DNA from: Callorhinchus milii
Lineage: Eukaryota
NCBI RefSeq assembly: GCF_018977255.1
Contig: NW_024704742.1
Span: 98,830,001-98,894,000, forward strand
Length of the DNA stretch: 64,000 nt
Direction: 5' to 3'
The position numbers and the translations under genes are program-made. Below are positions 14,001 to 29,000 of the stretch, one piece after another. The first letter of the stretch is position 1. The number at the start of each line of letters is the position of its first letter. The notes beneath the pieces were generated by a model. That model ran no database searches and had not been told where the DNA came from. It worked only from the letters and a program-made list of their open reading frames with translations.

Positions 14001-17000
14001 AGTTCTATTATTAATGATTTGGGATTGTTCCCTATTCTAAGGTTGTTATCCTGGGACCAGCCTCCTGCTTGTCCCTCGAACCTTCAGCTCCACCATTGGA
14101 GGTCGCCTATTCAGCCACTTCACCCCAAAACTGTGGGACACTCTCCCTTAATCCCTCTGCCTTGCTCCCTCTCTCCCCTCTTTCAAGTCCCGCCTGAAAA
14201 CATTCCTTTTTGACCTTGCTTACGGTCACCTCCCCGCTTCCTCCGCTTCCCAGCTCAGAGTCAGACTCCGCTCTGAGATGCTACTCTGCGTGGAGGGCGC
14301 TGTATAATTGCAAGCTGTTGTTGTTATCATTCACATACCTAATCCAATAAAGGTCTCAGAAGATTCTACTATTCACATTCGGCACTCAAAGCTCTTTCTA
14401 TTTACTTATCACAAATACAGCAATGATTTTTAGACGGGCTGATATACTTCAGGAATCTTGAGCTGATTGCTTAATTATAAATAGTTTAGTAAAAAAATAA
14501 CATTATATTGTAACTTTCTGGATCATGGCCTCTTGTTCTACTGTCTTAGTGTATCCCAAAGTATTGTTTTGGGCATAGTTTTCTTTAATCCCATTTAGAA
14601 TTTTATACCCCTCTAGTCGACTTCTCTCAAGACTGAAGGGCTAGCTTGTCTAATCGTTGTTCATGATGTTTCCAGTCAGGATGCTGTGCAACTGAAACAG
14701 AGCTACTGTACTTGGAATGCCCTAATGTCAGAAAATCTTTGCACAGTTCTTCTCTGCTTGTTGTATTTAGGTGGAAGTGGACCGGGCAGTAAAAGCAGCT
14801 CAGGAGGCTTTTCAGCTTGGTTCCCCATGGCGCAGAATGGATGCTTCTGAAAGAGGAAAGCTTTTGAACAAACTTGCTGATTTGATGGAACGGGATCGTG
14901 TTCTATTAAGTGTGAGTTTTAATTTGGCCTTCATTGGTTGTACTTATGATTCTGTCAACAATTTTTGATTTTTAACAGCGTTTAATTCTGTAAAAGTGTT
15001 GCTGTTTGGAAGCATTCATTTCCTAACAAGTAACCTAAATCCTCCCTGCAGCACACTCCCACTGAAGTTATTTTGAGATCTTGTGTACAGATGTTAATGC
15101 TCAGAAACAATAACCATTTTCTTATAGCTACAGTGTTCTGCTTTACATTTCTACTAATGTTTCAATTGCATGTCACAATTGCGGTATCCTTATTTGTTAA
15201 AATTAGTGCAGGAAAAATATGGTTATTTCCAATGGTGATAGCCATTTTGTGCCTACCACAAAAATCACAGATATTATCCTGAATGTATACCCTGATTTCA
15301 TACAGGAAAAAAAAATTCTGCTCCTTGATCTGCTGTTCAGATTGGGAGGTAGTTAACATCTGAATCACAAGTAGTGCAGAAATAAAAAGATCACTAAACT
15401 TTGGATTTCTCTCATACTAAATCAATTTCTGATCAATGTCAGAACACCTTACTTTAATGAGATCATTTAGATTTATTTTAAAGAAAAGCATTCATATGGA
15501 AAAATCCATTAATGTGCTTCTAATATTTTAATGTTTTAAGGATGGTGAATGCATATGTGTAAACTAGAAGGGTTAAACAATACATTGGTAGTATTTAATT
15601 TGAAAGAGTTGGAGACAGTATATTTGAGTGTGTTAAATAAGCAGGCATCGATAAGTGAGTTCATTTCATTATTTGTGAAAACAATTTATCATTGCAGACT
15701 GAAATATCAGTCTCTTTGTGTAAATATATTCCTTTGAACTATGACATATTTGTTCTTGAGACCAATGATCTTTCATTTAACTTCGGCTGAACCCAGTGAC
15801 CTGTTTTTCCGAAGTAATACTTTAAATGAATGCACAAACAACATAATTCACATTTGCAAATCAAAGAATAACAGGCACTCACATTGGAAGCGTAAGAGAG
15901 CTTTAGAAAGTAAGTTTAATTGTTTACGTGTTTCTACAGTTAGGTCCATCCCTTCTCTCACCTGTGTGTGAAATGCAGAGTTGGAATCTGCAGATTTAAC
16001 TGCTTTGCAGTGTTTTGTGGGGTTTGGAGTTAAGAGTTTATAATTGATATTAATCAAAATTTGAATGCCAACAAAACTATTAAGTTGGTATTAAAGCCCT
16101 TATGTAACTCCACAGGTGTGTTAATCGATTGTACAAACACTGGAATTAGTTTTAAGAGGACAGTTTTTAATTATGATCTTATTCTCGGTGTGGAAAACAA
16201 CCATGCTCAAATTTTGTTATGACACCCAAAATCATTAGTTTCCCTGATGTATTCACTGCTAACAGAGCAGGCATGTAATTCAGGAAACAATAGTGATCAA
16301 CTGAGGTTTAAAATGCAGTATTTGTAAATCCCAAGTTGTTGACCTAGAAGTGATTTCCACTTGGCGATCTCATATATACTTTATACTTATACTTATGGGC
16401 TAATTCCCAGTGAGAAGAAGATGCACAAACTCTGACAAATGGTCTGAAATTAAAATAACCACCCCATAATGGCTTTTGTGGGCCTTTGGAATCAGAATTC
16501 TTTCTGATTTTCATTACTTTTTTATAACAAAACAAGAATTCAAACACAAACCAGAAACCTCTATTAACGCAGCAACTTCCAGTTGGCAAACAATTTCATT
16601 TTCAACCCTTTGTATGTTTCCTGGGATTCTCTGTGGAGCTATGTTATTTTTGTTGTGTTAGTCTTACATTGGAATAAATTGAATACTACTCCCAAATATT
16701 AATAGAAGTCATTGTATCCAGCCTGAGGAAGTGGTTAAAGTTGTCCTAACCATACTTCATTATTACCTTTGTGACTGATTGGTAGGTTTGATTTACACCC
16801 TCCCCCCTTGTTTCTAGACAATAGAATCTATTGACTCTGGAAAACTCTTTCTCCATGCATACTTCGTTGACTTAGATGGTTCCATTAAAACACTACGCTA
16901 CTATGCTGGCTGGGCTGACAAAATCCAAGGGCGCAGCATCCCAGTGGGTAGGTCTTTACTCACGTCTATCACTTGTGTTGAATGAATGTTCTCATCTGCC

Positions 17001-20000
17001 CTTGAAATAAACACTGTGAGGATTTTCTAATCATGTCAAAATGGTTTTAAGAGCAGTGTTAAGACCTTTATTTTAGGCCTAAATAACTGTTATCTTAGGT
17101 TTTCTAGAATCAGAAAGAAGATAAAATTGCAGGGCACAAATCAGTACAAATCTTAAAGTTCACTCACCTTGGGCAGAATGATTGAAAAGAGGATTAGGCA
17201 ATTTAATTAGGCAATTACAACAAGATTCATATGTATGTTTTTTTTCCCCCCATGAAAGTAACTTCACCTGAGTTGATCCACCATTTGCAACCTTTCTATT
17301 CATGGGGCTTCTCAGCTGTAAGTAAAGAAAATGTTGCAGAATATAATTTTTAGCAACTTAAAAAAAAATGTTGACTAAAACCACATGGACATCCATGTGC
17401 CAATTTCTCTGGGGAGTTGAGCGCCTGAATTAAAAGTTACACATGCATTTAGATGTGGCTCCTCCCATCATATGTTTAGCAGTCCAGTTAATTCTTACCT
17501 AACTACAGAGCATTTAATAGTTTACTTCTCTGAGACTGAAGGTTGAGGGCTCAAGCCTCACGTCAGGACTTTGAACTCAACAATTTAGGCCGACGCTCCA
17601 ATGCAGTACTGCACTTTTGGAGGTAACTTACTTCAGCTGAGACATTAAACTAAGGTCCTGTCTGCCTGTTCAACAACAACAACAACAAAATTCCATTTAT
17701 AGAGCGCCTTTCACGTCGGGAGGACGACCCAAGGCGCTGTACAGTTGGGTCAGGACCCAAGCAAGGAGGAAATGGTCAGGGTGAAGGGAGGGAGCGAGGA
17801 GTGGGTAGAGTCGAGAGGGGAGCTGAAGGCACGGTCAAAGAGAAAGGTCTTGAGACCGGCCTTGAAGGAGGAAAGGGAGGAAGCAAGGCGAAGGCACTGG
17901 GGGACAGAGTTCCAGAGCCTCGGGGCTGAGAGGCTGAAGGCCCGGCCACCGATGGTAGGACGGGGGGGGGATGTGGAGCAGACCGGAGCCAGAGGAACGG
18001 AGGGTACGGGCAGGTAGGTAGGGGGGTAGTAGGTCAGAGAGGTAGGAGGGAGCAAGGCCGTGAATGGCCTTGTAGGCGAGGATGAGGATCTTGAAATCAA
18101 AAGGTTCAGGTCGACATTAAGATCCCATGATACCAGTTGAAAAGTGAAAGGAGGTTTTCCTGCTGATCTGGCCAGCCATCCCCCAGATAAAAATGGTCAT
18201 TCACTTCAGGGCTGTTTGTGGAACATCTGTGTGCACAAATTGGCTACCATGTTCACCAACAAAATGCACAAACACTACTTTCCAGTAAATCCTGTGAATT
18301 GGTTTGAGATATCCTCCTGACGTGATATGGTCAAATGGAAGGATTTTTATTATCATTTTTACTACATTCATTGTTTATATAAGAACAATAAAAAAAACTA
18401 GCAAACAGTGAACAAGAGCAACAAGCTGCCAGTTTAGAATTGTTTCTCTCACCAGAGATAGTTAATTTATATAAATAAGCTGTGAAAGTGTCAGACAATC
18501 TATGGAGGCCAAAGGACAGACAAAGAAAGCAGCTATAAATTAAGGATCAAATGTAAATGACCCAATAAATACATACTCATTAACCTTTCAAATAACTTAC
18601 AGTCACTGAAATTAAACCACCAACTCATTTCTAAACAATACATTTCCAGTGCATATTTCAGTTCAAAGTAAATCAACTGGAGCCAAATATGTGCAGCCAT
18701 AGATTATTAAATGCATTTTGGTGGATTAGTTTTGCTGTTTTATTTGATAGTGAAAATCACAACAAATGTTTCAGTGTTTGGTATCCTGTGGGTTGCAAAT
18801 CACGCATGTAAATGGGAATTGATACAGTTTTCATAACAAAAGATATGGTTATAAATAATAATCCTTGCATTTGATAAAGATAAGTTACCACATCAAAACA
18901 CCTGAGAGTACTTCACCTAATTAATTATTTTGAAATTCAGGGACTGCTCTGTAGAAAAATGCAGCAGTTAATCTGCACTAGCAATGTCTCACAAATAACA
19001 CTGAGAGGAATGATCAATTAATTTGTGTGTTTTGTTTTGAAGCTGTCATTGTTCTAAACCAGTGTTGCTCACTACGATATTTTCGAGGGCCATAATCCCA
19101 ATTAACATTATGCTCGAGGGCCACTCTCAGGAATGCTTTTCACACTGTACTACAGAGCACTGATGAGGTATGGATCAGCTCCTGCAATTCCACACTAAGT
19201 GAGCTCCTGATTTCAATGATACCCCCATGGGCAATCGTCAAATGGGGGAGGGGTGCAGGTAGTTCCTTCCCCACAGAAAGAGGGGGGAAAAAGGAGCACC
19301 AAAACTGATGTTACACAGTTCAAGTTCAATACTCTTGACACTCAATAGCATTCAATTGTCTTCTTTTGTTAAAGAACAAAATACAAGAGAATAACTTTGT
19401 TTTCTATATAAGTCAACATCCTACAGCCAAACTAGAAGCTCAAGTCACGAAACAGCAGATCTGCTGAGGGATATATTTGATCTCCCCCAAATTCTGTGTA
19501 CAACGTTCCTGAAGGTTATTTTGGAATTTGAAAGTGCAGTGAAGGACGAGGAATGTTGCTTCACATTGGATCATACTTTAATGATTGACAGGGTACATGA
19601 GTTTGCAGTTCAAGATGCAGTTCACTACTCAGACTGTATCCATACCCAGCATCTTTAAGCCCCTGACCCTCCAAGGAATGCCTCTATACCTCTGGACTCT
19701 TATATTTGAATCTGTACCAAAATGTGCAAGACATCATAAACATCCTCAATGTTTCTGTATGTAAAAGTCATACCTGTCATTTCTTATTAGTTTACTAACC
19801 CGTCCGCTCCCTCCGCTCAGGAGGCACTGGCCTGCTCCATATCCCCCGCCCTGCACCCACGCATTCGTCACATCACCCACGTATTCGTCACATCAAGGCT
19901 CGATTACGGAAACTCCTCCTCATCGGCCTTCCCAACTCTTCCCTTCACAAGCTGCAGATCATCCAAAACTCTGCGGCTCATGCACTCTCACGCACCAGGC

Positions 20001-23000
20001 TCCGTGACCCCATCACTCCCACCCTCGCCTGACTCCACTGGCTCTCCATCCCCCAGAGGATTGAATTCAAGATCCTTATCCTCACTTTCAAGGCCATCCA
20101 TGGCCTTGCCCCCTCCTACTTCTCTGACCTGCTGACTCCCTACCAACCTGCCTGCTCCCTCCGTTCAAGTTTCCTTACGCCACACACCTGATAATACTCC
20201 CTCAAGAAAAAATAATAAATTGGCCACTTTAATCCACAACTGGGACACTGCTGTGCGCAATTGGTTGTCGTGTTTTGCCCACAAAAACAGTCAATTCACT
20301 TTACAGTATATTCTGTGAAGCACTTTGAGATGTCTAGAAGACGTGAAAAGCGCTATATCAAATGCAAGGATTATTATTATTATTCCATCCCAGAGTTCCT
20401 TCACCACCTCCTCGCTTGCCTCCCTCAACATCTGTCTCAAGGTCTTCCTGTTTGACTTTGCCTTCGGTCATCCTCCCACCTCCACTCGCCTGCCCTCCAC
20501 CCCTCTTGACTCCAAGCCCCAGATCATGTATAAACCCTTGACTGTCCAGCACCTTGGGACACCCTCCTGTGGTGAAAGGCGCTATCTAAATGCAATTTGT
20601 TTTTGTAGTTATTGTTACCTATGTATTGACTATTTGAAAAGAGAAGGGAGTTTCTCCGGGTACCCTGGCCAACAGGGCCCCCAACCTGCCCCCCAAAAAA
20701 AGGAAATTGGTCATTTATTTCATGGATGTTTGTAGGATGCTGCTGCGCACAATTGTGCTGCTCTGTCTGCCTACAAATACACAGTCACTCCATTTCACAG
20801 TAATACGTGTGAAGTGCTTTGAGACATCCTTCCAAAGTGGAAAGGCACTATAGCAAATGCAAGGATTATTATTACTGTATCTGTGTGAACATTCTTAAAT
20901 GTGACACTAAAGCAGAATTTCCTTTTAAATAATTTCACATGATATTAATTATTATTTTACTCATATTGGGTCTAAAATATGAGTTGGGCTCATAGCCCAT
21001 AGCTAGCCACATCCTTATTGTAATCAACTTATACAGGATTCAGCTGAAATGCTTTCATGGGTAACTAATAACATAATTAAGGACATATAGGCATGGTTTG
21101 CCAATGAACAATTCGCTCAACCCACCTTTTGGTCACATTATGTCACATTGACGTCTGTTGTCTGCAAAATAAGACACAACTTATGCCTGTACTTTAATTG
21201 CAGGAGTTTACGTTATGTGACAAATTCATTGCAATAAATGTATATTTTCTTGTAGACGGCGAGTTCCTCACATTTACAAGACATGAACCTGTTGGCGTGT
21301 GTGGACAAATTATTCCCGTGAGTAGCACAACATTTTATGATATTATTTTGTAAGGGATTTTGGAAATATACAATACTACCAATTGTCAATTGACATGAAA
21401 AGGAAGTCGCAAAATTGTATTTACGTATCTATATCAAATGCTAGGATTATTAGTGGGGTTTACAGCACGGAAGAATTTGCCCCATTGTGTCAGTACTGAT
21501 GCTTTCTCTCCCACTGGAGCTATCTTCCATTCCCCTACTCTTTCCCACAAACTTTATGTTACTTTTCCTCTTAATGTTAACTAATTCCATTGTGAATAGT
21601 ATAATGAAATTGGCTTCAACCACAATTTGTTAGAGAAGATATTCCACATATCAAGGTAAGACAGGAAAGCAAAATATTGATAGGAACATTTTTTTTAATG
21701 GCTCAAAATACTGATGTTACAAATTTCTGTCATTGCAGTGGAACTTCCCGCTCCTGATGTTTACTTGGAAACTTGCTCCTGCACTTTGTTGTGGCAATAC
21801 TGTAGTTATCAAGCCAGCAGAGCAAACTCCACTCACTGCACTCTATATGGGATCTTTAATCAAAGAGGTAAGAACCAGAATTTTTTTTAAGAATATTGGA
21901 TACTCATTGATTAATTCATTTTAAATTGTGGATATGGTGATCCAAAACATGGCGATTTTAAATGGGATTTTCTCTAAGAATTCTGAGCCGCAAATGAGTA
22001 TTCCCTCCGACAACAACAGCATGCATTTATATGGCGCCCCTCATGCAAGGCATCATCCCAGAGTGCTCGATATACATCTTGATATACTTGCAGGTCTTTG
22101 GGACATACATCCGACAACTCACAGATCTGTAGGAACTCCATTCTAACACAATCTACCTTTAGAGGGCTGTTCTGTGAGTCAGTGACTATATCTGCTGACT
22201 GGAGGGAATTTCCATGTGTCATTTTGGCTCCTTATTAAGAAATCCTGTTTGAAATTGCTGCATTTTAGACCCCAATAGGACCTGATAAAAGTTTAGCCGT
22301 GCATTTGAATAAAATATATTGAGACATCGACCCAAGTAAGCACTTTATACAATGTGAAATGACAGCCCATGGTGACTGAAGAAGGGAACAGGTGTGAGTT
22401 GATAACAGTTTACGACAACTAACTTTGGTGTGAATAAGGACCACTACCTGAATGATAATATTACACCTGTTGGTTTTGGGGTGTGCTGAATTTTCCTTAG
22501 ATATTCCTAACAACATCTCAGCTCATCCTTAACAATCCCTCTACAGCCCTTTCCGGCCCGGCTGTTTGATTGCCAATGGTTAAATCTTGCGAGTAAAGTG
22601 TGTTTTATAAGTCACAGCTAGTAAATCATTGACTAAAGTTGTAGACATCGAACTGAAATTGGTTGATCATTTTCCTTTCACTTCATACTAAAGGTCGAGG
22701 TCAAGCTAAGCTTGAGTTAATATCCTCAGGCACCCTTGCTGAACCACTGCGATAAAGAATGCATAGTTTCCTGCATTACCGATTTTTAAAATTAACTCTT
22801 AAACTTAATCTACAGTGCCAGGACTTCTTCAGCAGCTAAGTATTATAATTTCAGTTCCATAACATTGCATAATCAAAACATTTGGCATTATCAAATTGCT
22901 CCAAGAGTTATTTCACTCAGGGTACAATAAGTATTCAAATGTTTCATTATTAATCAATTCTTGCAACCAGCCTTGACATTATTCACATTCAGTGAAATTC

Positions 23001-26000
23001 TACCAGTCAGACAGGGAAACGGTATTTCTTGCATCTCAAAAATTAAAAATTAACTTTCTTCCCTAACCCAACCCCCACCCTAACCTGCTTTGTTCGCAGA
23101 CTGAATCTGTCAAATGAGGGCTATTCTTTGCTTTCTCTAAATCTNAAAAAAAGTTAGAAGTTCTCTAGAAGAATAATTGACTTTCAAATGCCCTCAAGCC
23201 TGTAATCCACCTTAAAACCATTTCAAAGGATATCTATACACACATAATATGTTAGAGGAGCATTCAGTTTAGAAAGTCTATAGGATATAAGATTGTGTTT
23301 TTTTTAAAAAAAGGAAAACTGGTTTTGGAGAAACATTCTGACTTTTATTGGATTAGAATTATCAGCACTATTTCCCTTTCCTTATTTTTTCCCAGCTGCC
23401 AGGAAGGGTGCTTCTGGAAAGCTTCATATGTTTGTAATGTGGTTAGATGCACACTGCTTGCTTATTTCTGGTTTAAGGCATAAATGTATGACCAAGCAAG
23501 AGGCAACAGGCACTTCAAAAGTCCAGTTGTTTCATTCAAAAACAAACAGAATAACCAGTTCAGAGTAAAGCATCATGAGCTGAAGCATACATTTGATGGG
23601 GTGAAATGTCATCACAATCTAGGCTACTCGAGTGCAATGCTAGGGGAGCTCTGCATTGTCAAAGGTGCGTCCTTTGGATAAGACGTTAAAAATCGAGGTC
23701 CCTCTGTCTGTTCAGGTGAACATTAAAGATCCCTTTGCACTGTTCAGAAAGAGAAGGGAATTTCTCTCGGTATCCTGCCAACAATCCCCCAAATAAAATG
23801 TGGTCATGCACTTCTTGGCTATTTATGCAACATTTTGTGCAAATTGGCTGCTATCTTCACCTACAAATGCTACACTTCACAATAAAATCACTTTCAAGCC
23901 TCTTGAGACATTGTGATGACGTGATAAGGCAATATGCCGAATTATCAAGACTTATTATATGATTGTATGTCTTTGTACTGTAGTAAAAAACTCAGCTCCC
24001 TTCCAATTCTTTATTCTCTCCCATAGTCAGTCAGTCGAATATTCATTCATTCATTCATTCATTCATTCATTCATCAACATCGTCTGCTGCACAATTATGT
24101 AACAATTCTTGCAGTGCACTTTATGTGTTGCATTGGTTTATGTTTCTCACCTGCACCATTTATGCAATGGGCAAAACGTCCATCTGGTTTGTTATTTGTT
24201 TTCCTGCAATTTTCCTTCCTGGTTTTCCCTTCCTCGGTTGGTTAGTGTTGAAGTACACAACTCAGAGCCCACTCCTTCTGTGAACAGCTGTGTAAACATC
24301 AAGGAGAATGTGTTAATACAAAGAAAACACCATGGTTTGAACAAGACCAGAATAGAGCTGCTCTTATCCTGTCAACTGATTTCACTGTCATCTAACAGGA
24401 AGCATGCCTGGCACTAAAACTGGAGAAAGGAAATTTCAGAAACTTTCCAGAAATTCATTATTGTATTAATTTTGACAGGGTGGTAAAAAGCAAAACTTGT
24501 TGGCAATAATGTTGGTAGCACGTATTGCTTTTTACCACCCTCCCAAAATGATTAGCACTGCCCTAGAAAGAAAGTCATGAGTTTTATAAAAATACTCCTT
24601 TTTATAGAGCCTTTCACATTGGGAGGGAGTCTCAATGCATTTCAGAGGATTTACTGTAAAATATAGTGACTGTGTAGTTTATTTAGTTCTCAACCTTTGG
24701 ATGAGACATTAAACCAAGGTCATGTCTGCATGTTCAGGTGGATATTAAAGATATAAAGTACTATTCAAAAAGAGAAAGGTGTTTCTGCCAGTGTCCTGTC
24801 CCAACAATTAAAATAAAAATTGGTCATTTGTTTCATGGCTGTTTGTGGGATGCTGCAGTGCGCAATTGTCTGTCGTGTTTGCCTACATCTTGTGAAGCCT
24901 TTTGAGATATCCTTCCGATGTGATGAGGTCCTGTACAAAATGCAAGACTTATTATTATTATAGGTGAATTCTTCAATCACTTTTCATCGCAGCAATGTCC
25001 TACAAGCAGAAATTATGTAACTGATCTATTTTATCTGGGGCATATTTGGCCAGGACACCAGGATAGACGCAATGGTCATTCACCTGTAATTTATGGCTAT
25101 TTATGGGACACTGCTGTGTACAGATTGGCTGCTGTGTTTACCTACAAATACACAGTATTTCTATCTTTATTAACAGAATCAGACCAGTTAATGTTCACTC
25201 AGAAAAGTGGTACTTATTGATTTTGGTTAAAAAGTATAACCTATGTTGACTCTGAAAAATTACCACAGCTCCATATAGTTAAAATGGAGCTGCAATTTGA
25301 TCCGCTCTTCTGATCATAAATCACACACTTACTATTTCCTGAGTAAGAACCCTTTGCCTGAAGAGGTGAAGTGTCTTTCTTTAATGTTGTACTCCAGGTG
25401 GTATTTTAAAGACTACAGAACATATATATCAAATTCATCATGAAGAGCCTTACATGCATGTAGGGAATTAGCCCGTGGGCTAACCACATTCAAGTGCATT
25501 ACATTATTAATCAACACAAGGATTACAACATCGCCTGTAATCCTTTTCTTTGGGGGTTAATTACATAAATAAAGGCCTGTGTAAGTGTTGGAACATGGTT
25601 TGCCCATGGGCTATTAGCCCAACCCTCATTTTAGACCCCAAAGTCTAATAAATATTGTGTATAGACCCGGCACACTAGTCTCGCTCTTGCCTCTGAGTCA
25701 GAAGGTTGTGAGTTCAAGGCCCACATCGGGACTTGGAATCACATAGTCTAAGTGTGCTGCATTGTCGGAGGTGCCATTCTTCAGATGAGACAGTAAACCG
25801 AGGTCCATCTACCTGTTCAAGTGGATGTTAAAGATCCCATTGGCACTATTCAAAAAGAGAAAGGAGTTTCTCCCAGAGTTCTGGCTAAGAATCCCTCGAA
25901 TAAAATTGGTCACTCACTCCATGGTTGTTTGTGGGACATTGCAGTGCACAACTGTCTGCTGCATTTCAACCAAAAATACAGTCAATCAGCTTTACAGTAT

Positions 26001-29000
26001 ATCCTGAAGCACTTTGAAATGTTTCAACGACGTGAAAAGGAGCTATATCAAAATGCAAGAATTATTAACTCACTAGTTAATTACCTTAAAAATGTGACTG
26101 ATTTTTTACGCAGGCAGGATTTCCTCCTGGAGTGGTGAATATTGTACCAGGATATGGAACTACAGCAGGAGCTGCCATAGCCAATCATATGGACATAGAG
26201 AAAGTGGCCTTCACTGGTTCAACTGAGGTACCTTGAAAGAAATATGTATGTACTCAACTGAGTTTAGATCTTTTCAGAGTTTGCTGTCGGTGCTGGTAGT
26301 AATTGTTAGTGCCTTGAGACGTCCTCCCGACGTGAAAGGTGCTATATAAATGTAATTTGTATTGGAATTTTGTACTGTTACTTATGAAAGGTTACAAGTG
26401 TAACTTCCTTGATTTCACATGGGGCTCTCAGAGGTAGAAACAAAGCGTTGGATGGTATTCAGATCCTTAATGTAGGGAAGAATATTCACTTAAATTCAAT
26501 AGAGGACTGAGATTTGGAGATCAAAAGATTCAGCATCTATGAATCAGAATTTCCTTCCTAAATGCAGATGTCAATTCCCAGCACACAAACAGGATAAAGC
26601 TGCACTAGACTGCCAGGGACTGTGAAGGTACAGAATCCAGCCTTGAATATACTATTTACTATTATTATAAATACATCTGTATAGGTACAATTGTTGTGAA
26701 TCAGCAGCAGAGACAATTCTGAAAAATAGTAGACGTAATTGTAATTTTAAAATATTATTATATTAAAATATTAAAATATTGAGTACTTTGCACAGGTGAA
26801 AGAACATTGTGAGTAATAAGGGGAATGAGGCTTGTGTCTTCTTGTGAACAAAGTGATGGAGATGAACTCTTATATTGAAAAATTTCATTTCCACCCTCCT
26901 TTCAGGTTGGTAAACTTATACAGGAGGCAGCAGGAAGGAGTAATCTAAAGAGAGTAACCCTGGAGCTTGGAGGGAAGAACCCCAACATCATATTCGCTGA
27001 TGCAGACTGTTAGTATTACAAAGTTATTTCTATTTTATCATTGCATGTTGAACAGATTCTTTCCCATTACATCTTATTATCACTTCTAACCCTCTCCATT
27101 TGCCATCACTTAATGGGTTGAATGGCTTCTGCTGTGCTGTAAATGTTTTATGACTCTATGATATGTTAACTGCTTAGACAGACAGACAGACAGACAGACA
27201 GACATAGCATAGCAATATTTCACTTGGGTGCAGGATGCCAATGGCAAAATTTCAAACATGCAAAACTAATTTAATGCAATACCAGAATTGCAGAATTGTG
27301 AAGTCTTGTAGCTCAGTGGTTAGAGCACTTGCCCCGCCTCACAAGGGAATACCTGAATGGACAGACCTCAGCTTAATGACTGACCCAAAGGACAGTACTT
27401 CTGACAGTGGAGCACACCCCCAGCACTCCCATGGAATGTCAGCCTAGACTATTAGCTCAATATATATTTATTTTAACCTACCTTAATGAAGCCTCCGCTC
27501 GGTCCAAACACACTTCTTGGAAAAGTCATATAGGAGCTACTGGAATATATTTTATAGAAACACAACAATGGATTTGAACCCTTACAAATACCATGTGAAA
27601 GATCTTCAATGATGTCCCACATTACCAGCAAATTATTTTTCTAATTTGACTTCTTTTTTTCCCACAGTGGATTATGCTGTTCAACAGGCACATCATGGCT
27701 TGTTCTTCAATCAGGGACAGTGCTGTTTGGCAGGATCCAGAATATTTGTGGAAGAATCCATCTACAAAGAATTTGTCCGCAAAAGCACTGAGTTAGCCCA
27801 AAAGCATGTAATAGGAAATCCTCTACATGTATCCGTCACTCATGGGCCACAGGTACTAATGAATTGATGTTACTGTGTTAGTTCTCTGATAAAACTGAGC
27901 TAAAATATGTTATAAATATATATATTTGTGCCACTTTTATCTCCTCTTCCCCCGACGGTATTAACTTGAAGGCACGGACTATAGGCAAGATCCTGTTTTC
28001 ATCAACAATGGCAAGCTATTCCATTTTAACTGGTTAATGTTAAACAATAGGGATACAAAGTCTGGGATCCCCAAGCCTTGACTCTTGGCAATCTGTGTTT
28101 AATACTGTCTCAAAGTGCTCCGGGTTGCTATCCCGGGTGAAGGGAGCTATATAAATGCAAGTTGTTGTTGATGGAATTAGGTAAGCAGAGTGCATCATTC
28201 TGGTAAGAGAGCATATTCCATTCCAGATACGGAAATTTCCATGAGTAGGTGGCTTGTATGGAACTCTCAATCTGGTTTGGATACTCTTAAGCACGGTGAT
28301 GGGTTTTCATTTGTGTCAGACACCCAGCTGATCCCCCCAAAGTGATCAACTTCCATACATTTCATTTTCAGCAAGTGTCACTAGATAGGTAGTGAATAGG
28401 AGCAGGCAACCCAGGTTGATTTTCCATTTTGTTCTGAATTACAATTTAAAGTGTAAATCAGATAAAAGACAACTCTTCAGTCATGAATTTTCAAATTTGA
28501 TGTGCATGAGCAACAATGGCAAGCTATGCTGGTTTACCTGGTTAAACAATACGGATGCAAACTCTGGGATCAGATATCCTTTATCTGATTCCCGACTGTT
28601 CAGCACCTTGGGACGTCCTCCTGATGTGAAAGGCGCTTTACAAATGTAATTTTGTTGTTTGGTGTTGTTGTATTCCCCATATTGCCATTTTGTACCTATA
28701 GAACGATTAGGAACCTTTAAAGTCAGAATTTACCAATTTTTACAGTACAAATGGATCAGTAAAAAAATATTTTTTTCCGATTCCCCCTCCTCCCAAAATT
28801 CTTCAGCTATTTTCAAGGACTTTTTTCAACATCTGAGGTGTGTCACATTGACCTTTGAACATGCAATGTGCTTCAGGATGAATTTTTGCCACTCAAGTGC
28901 ACTATTCGGAGTCAGGAAAAATTATCTGAAAGTTAAGAAGCTGTTTGGAATTTTCCTATAAAACATTTTTGCATTCTCTGGTTACCTTTAACATGGGTAT

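Noticed and set aside
22692..22703. AGGTCG-AGGTCA (and AGTTCA-AGTTCA at 19318) as retinoic acid response elements
   Set aside because: Spacing is DR0 only and such hits are expected by chance in 64 kb; I saw no convincing DR5/DR2, though I did not scan exhaustively.
23145..23145. Ambiguous base n (another at 54736)
   Set aside because: Assembly ambiguity in intronic or TE sequence with no effect on gene models.
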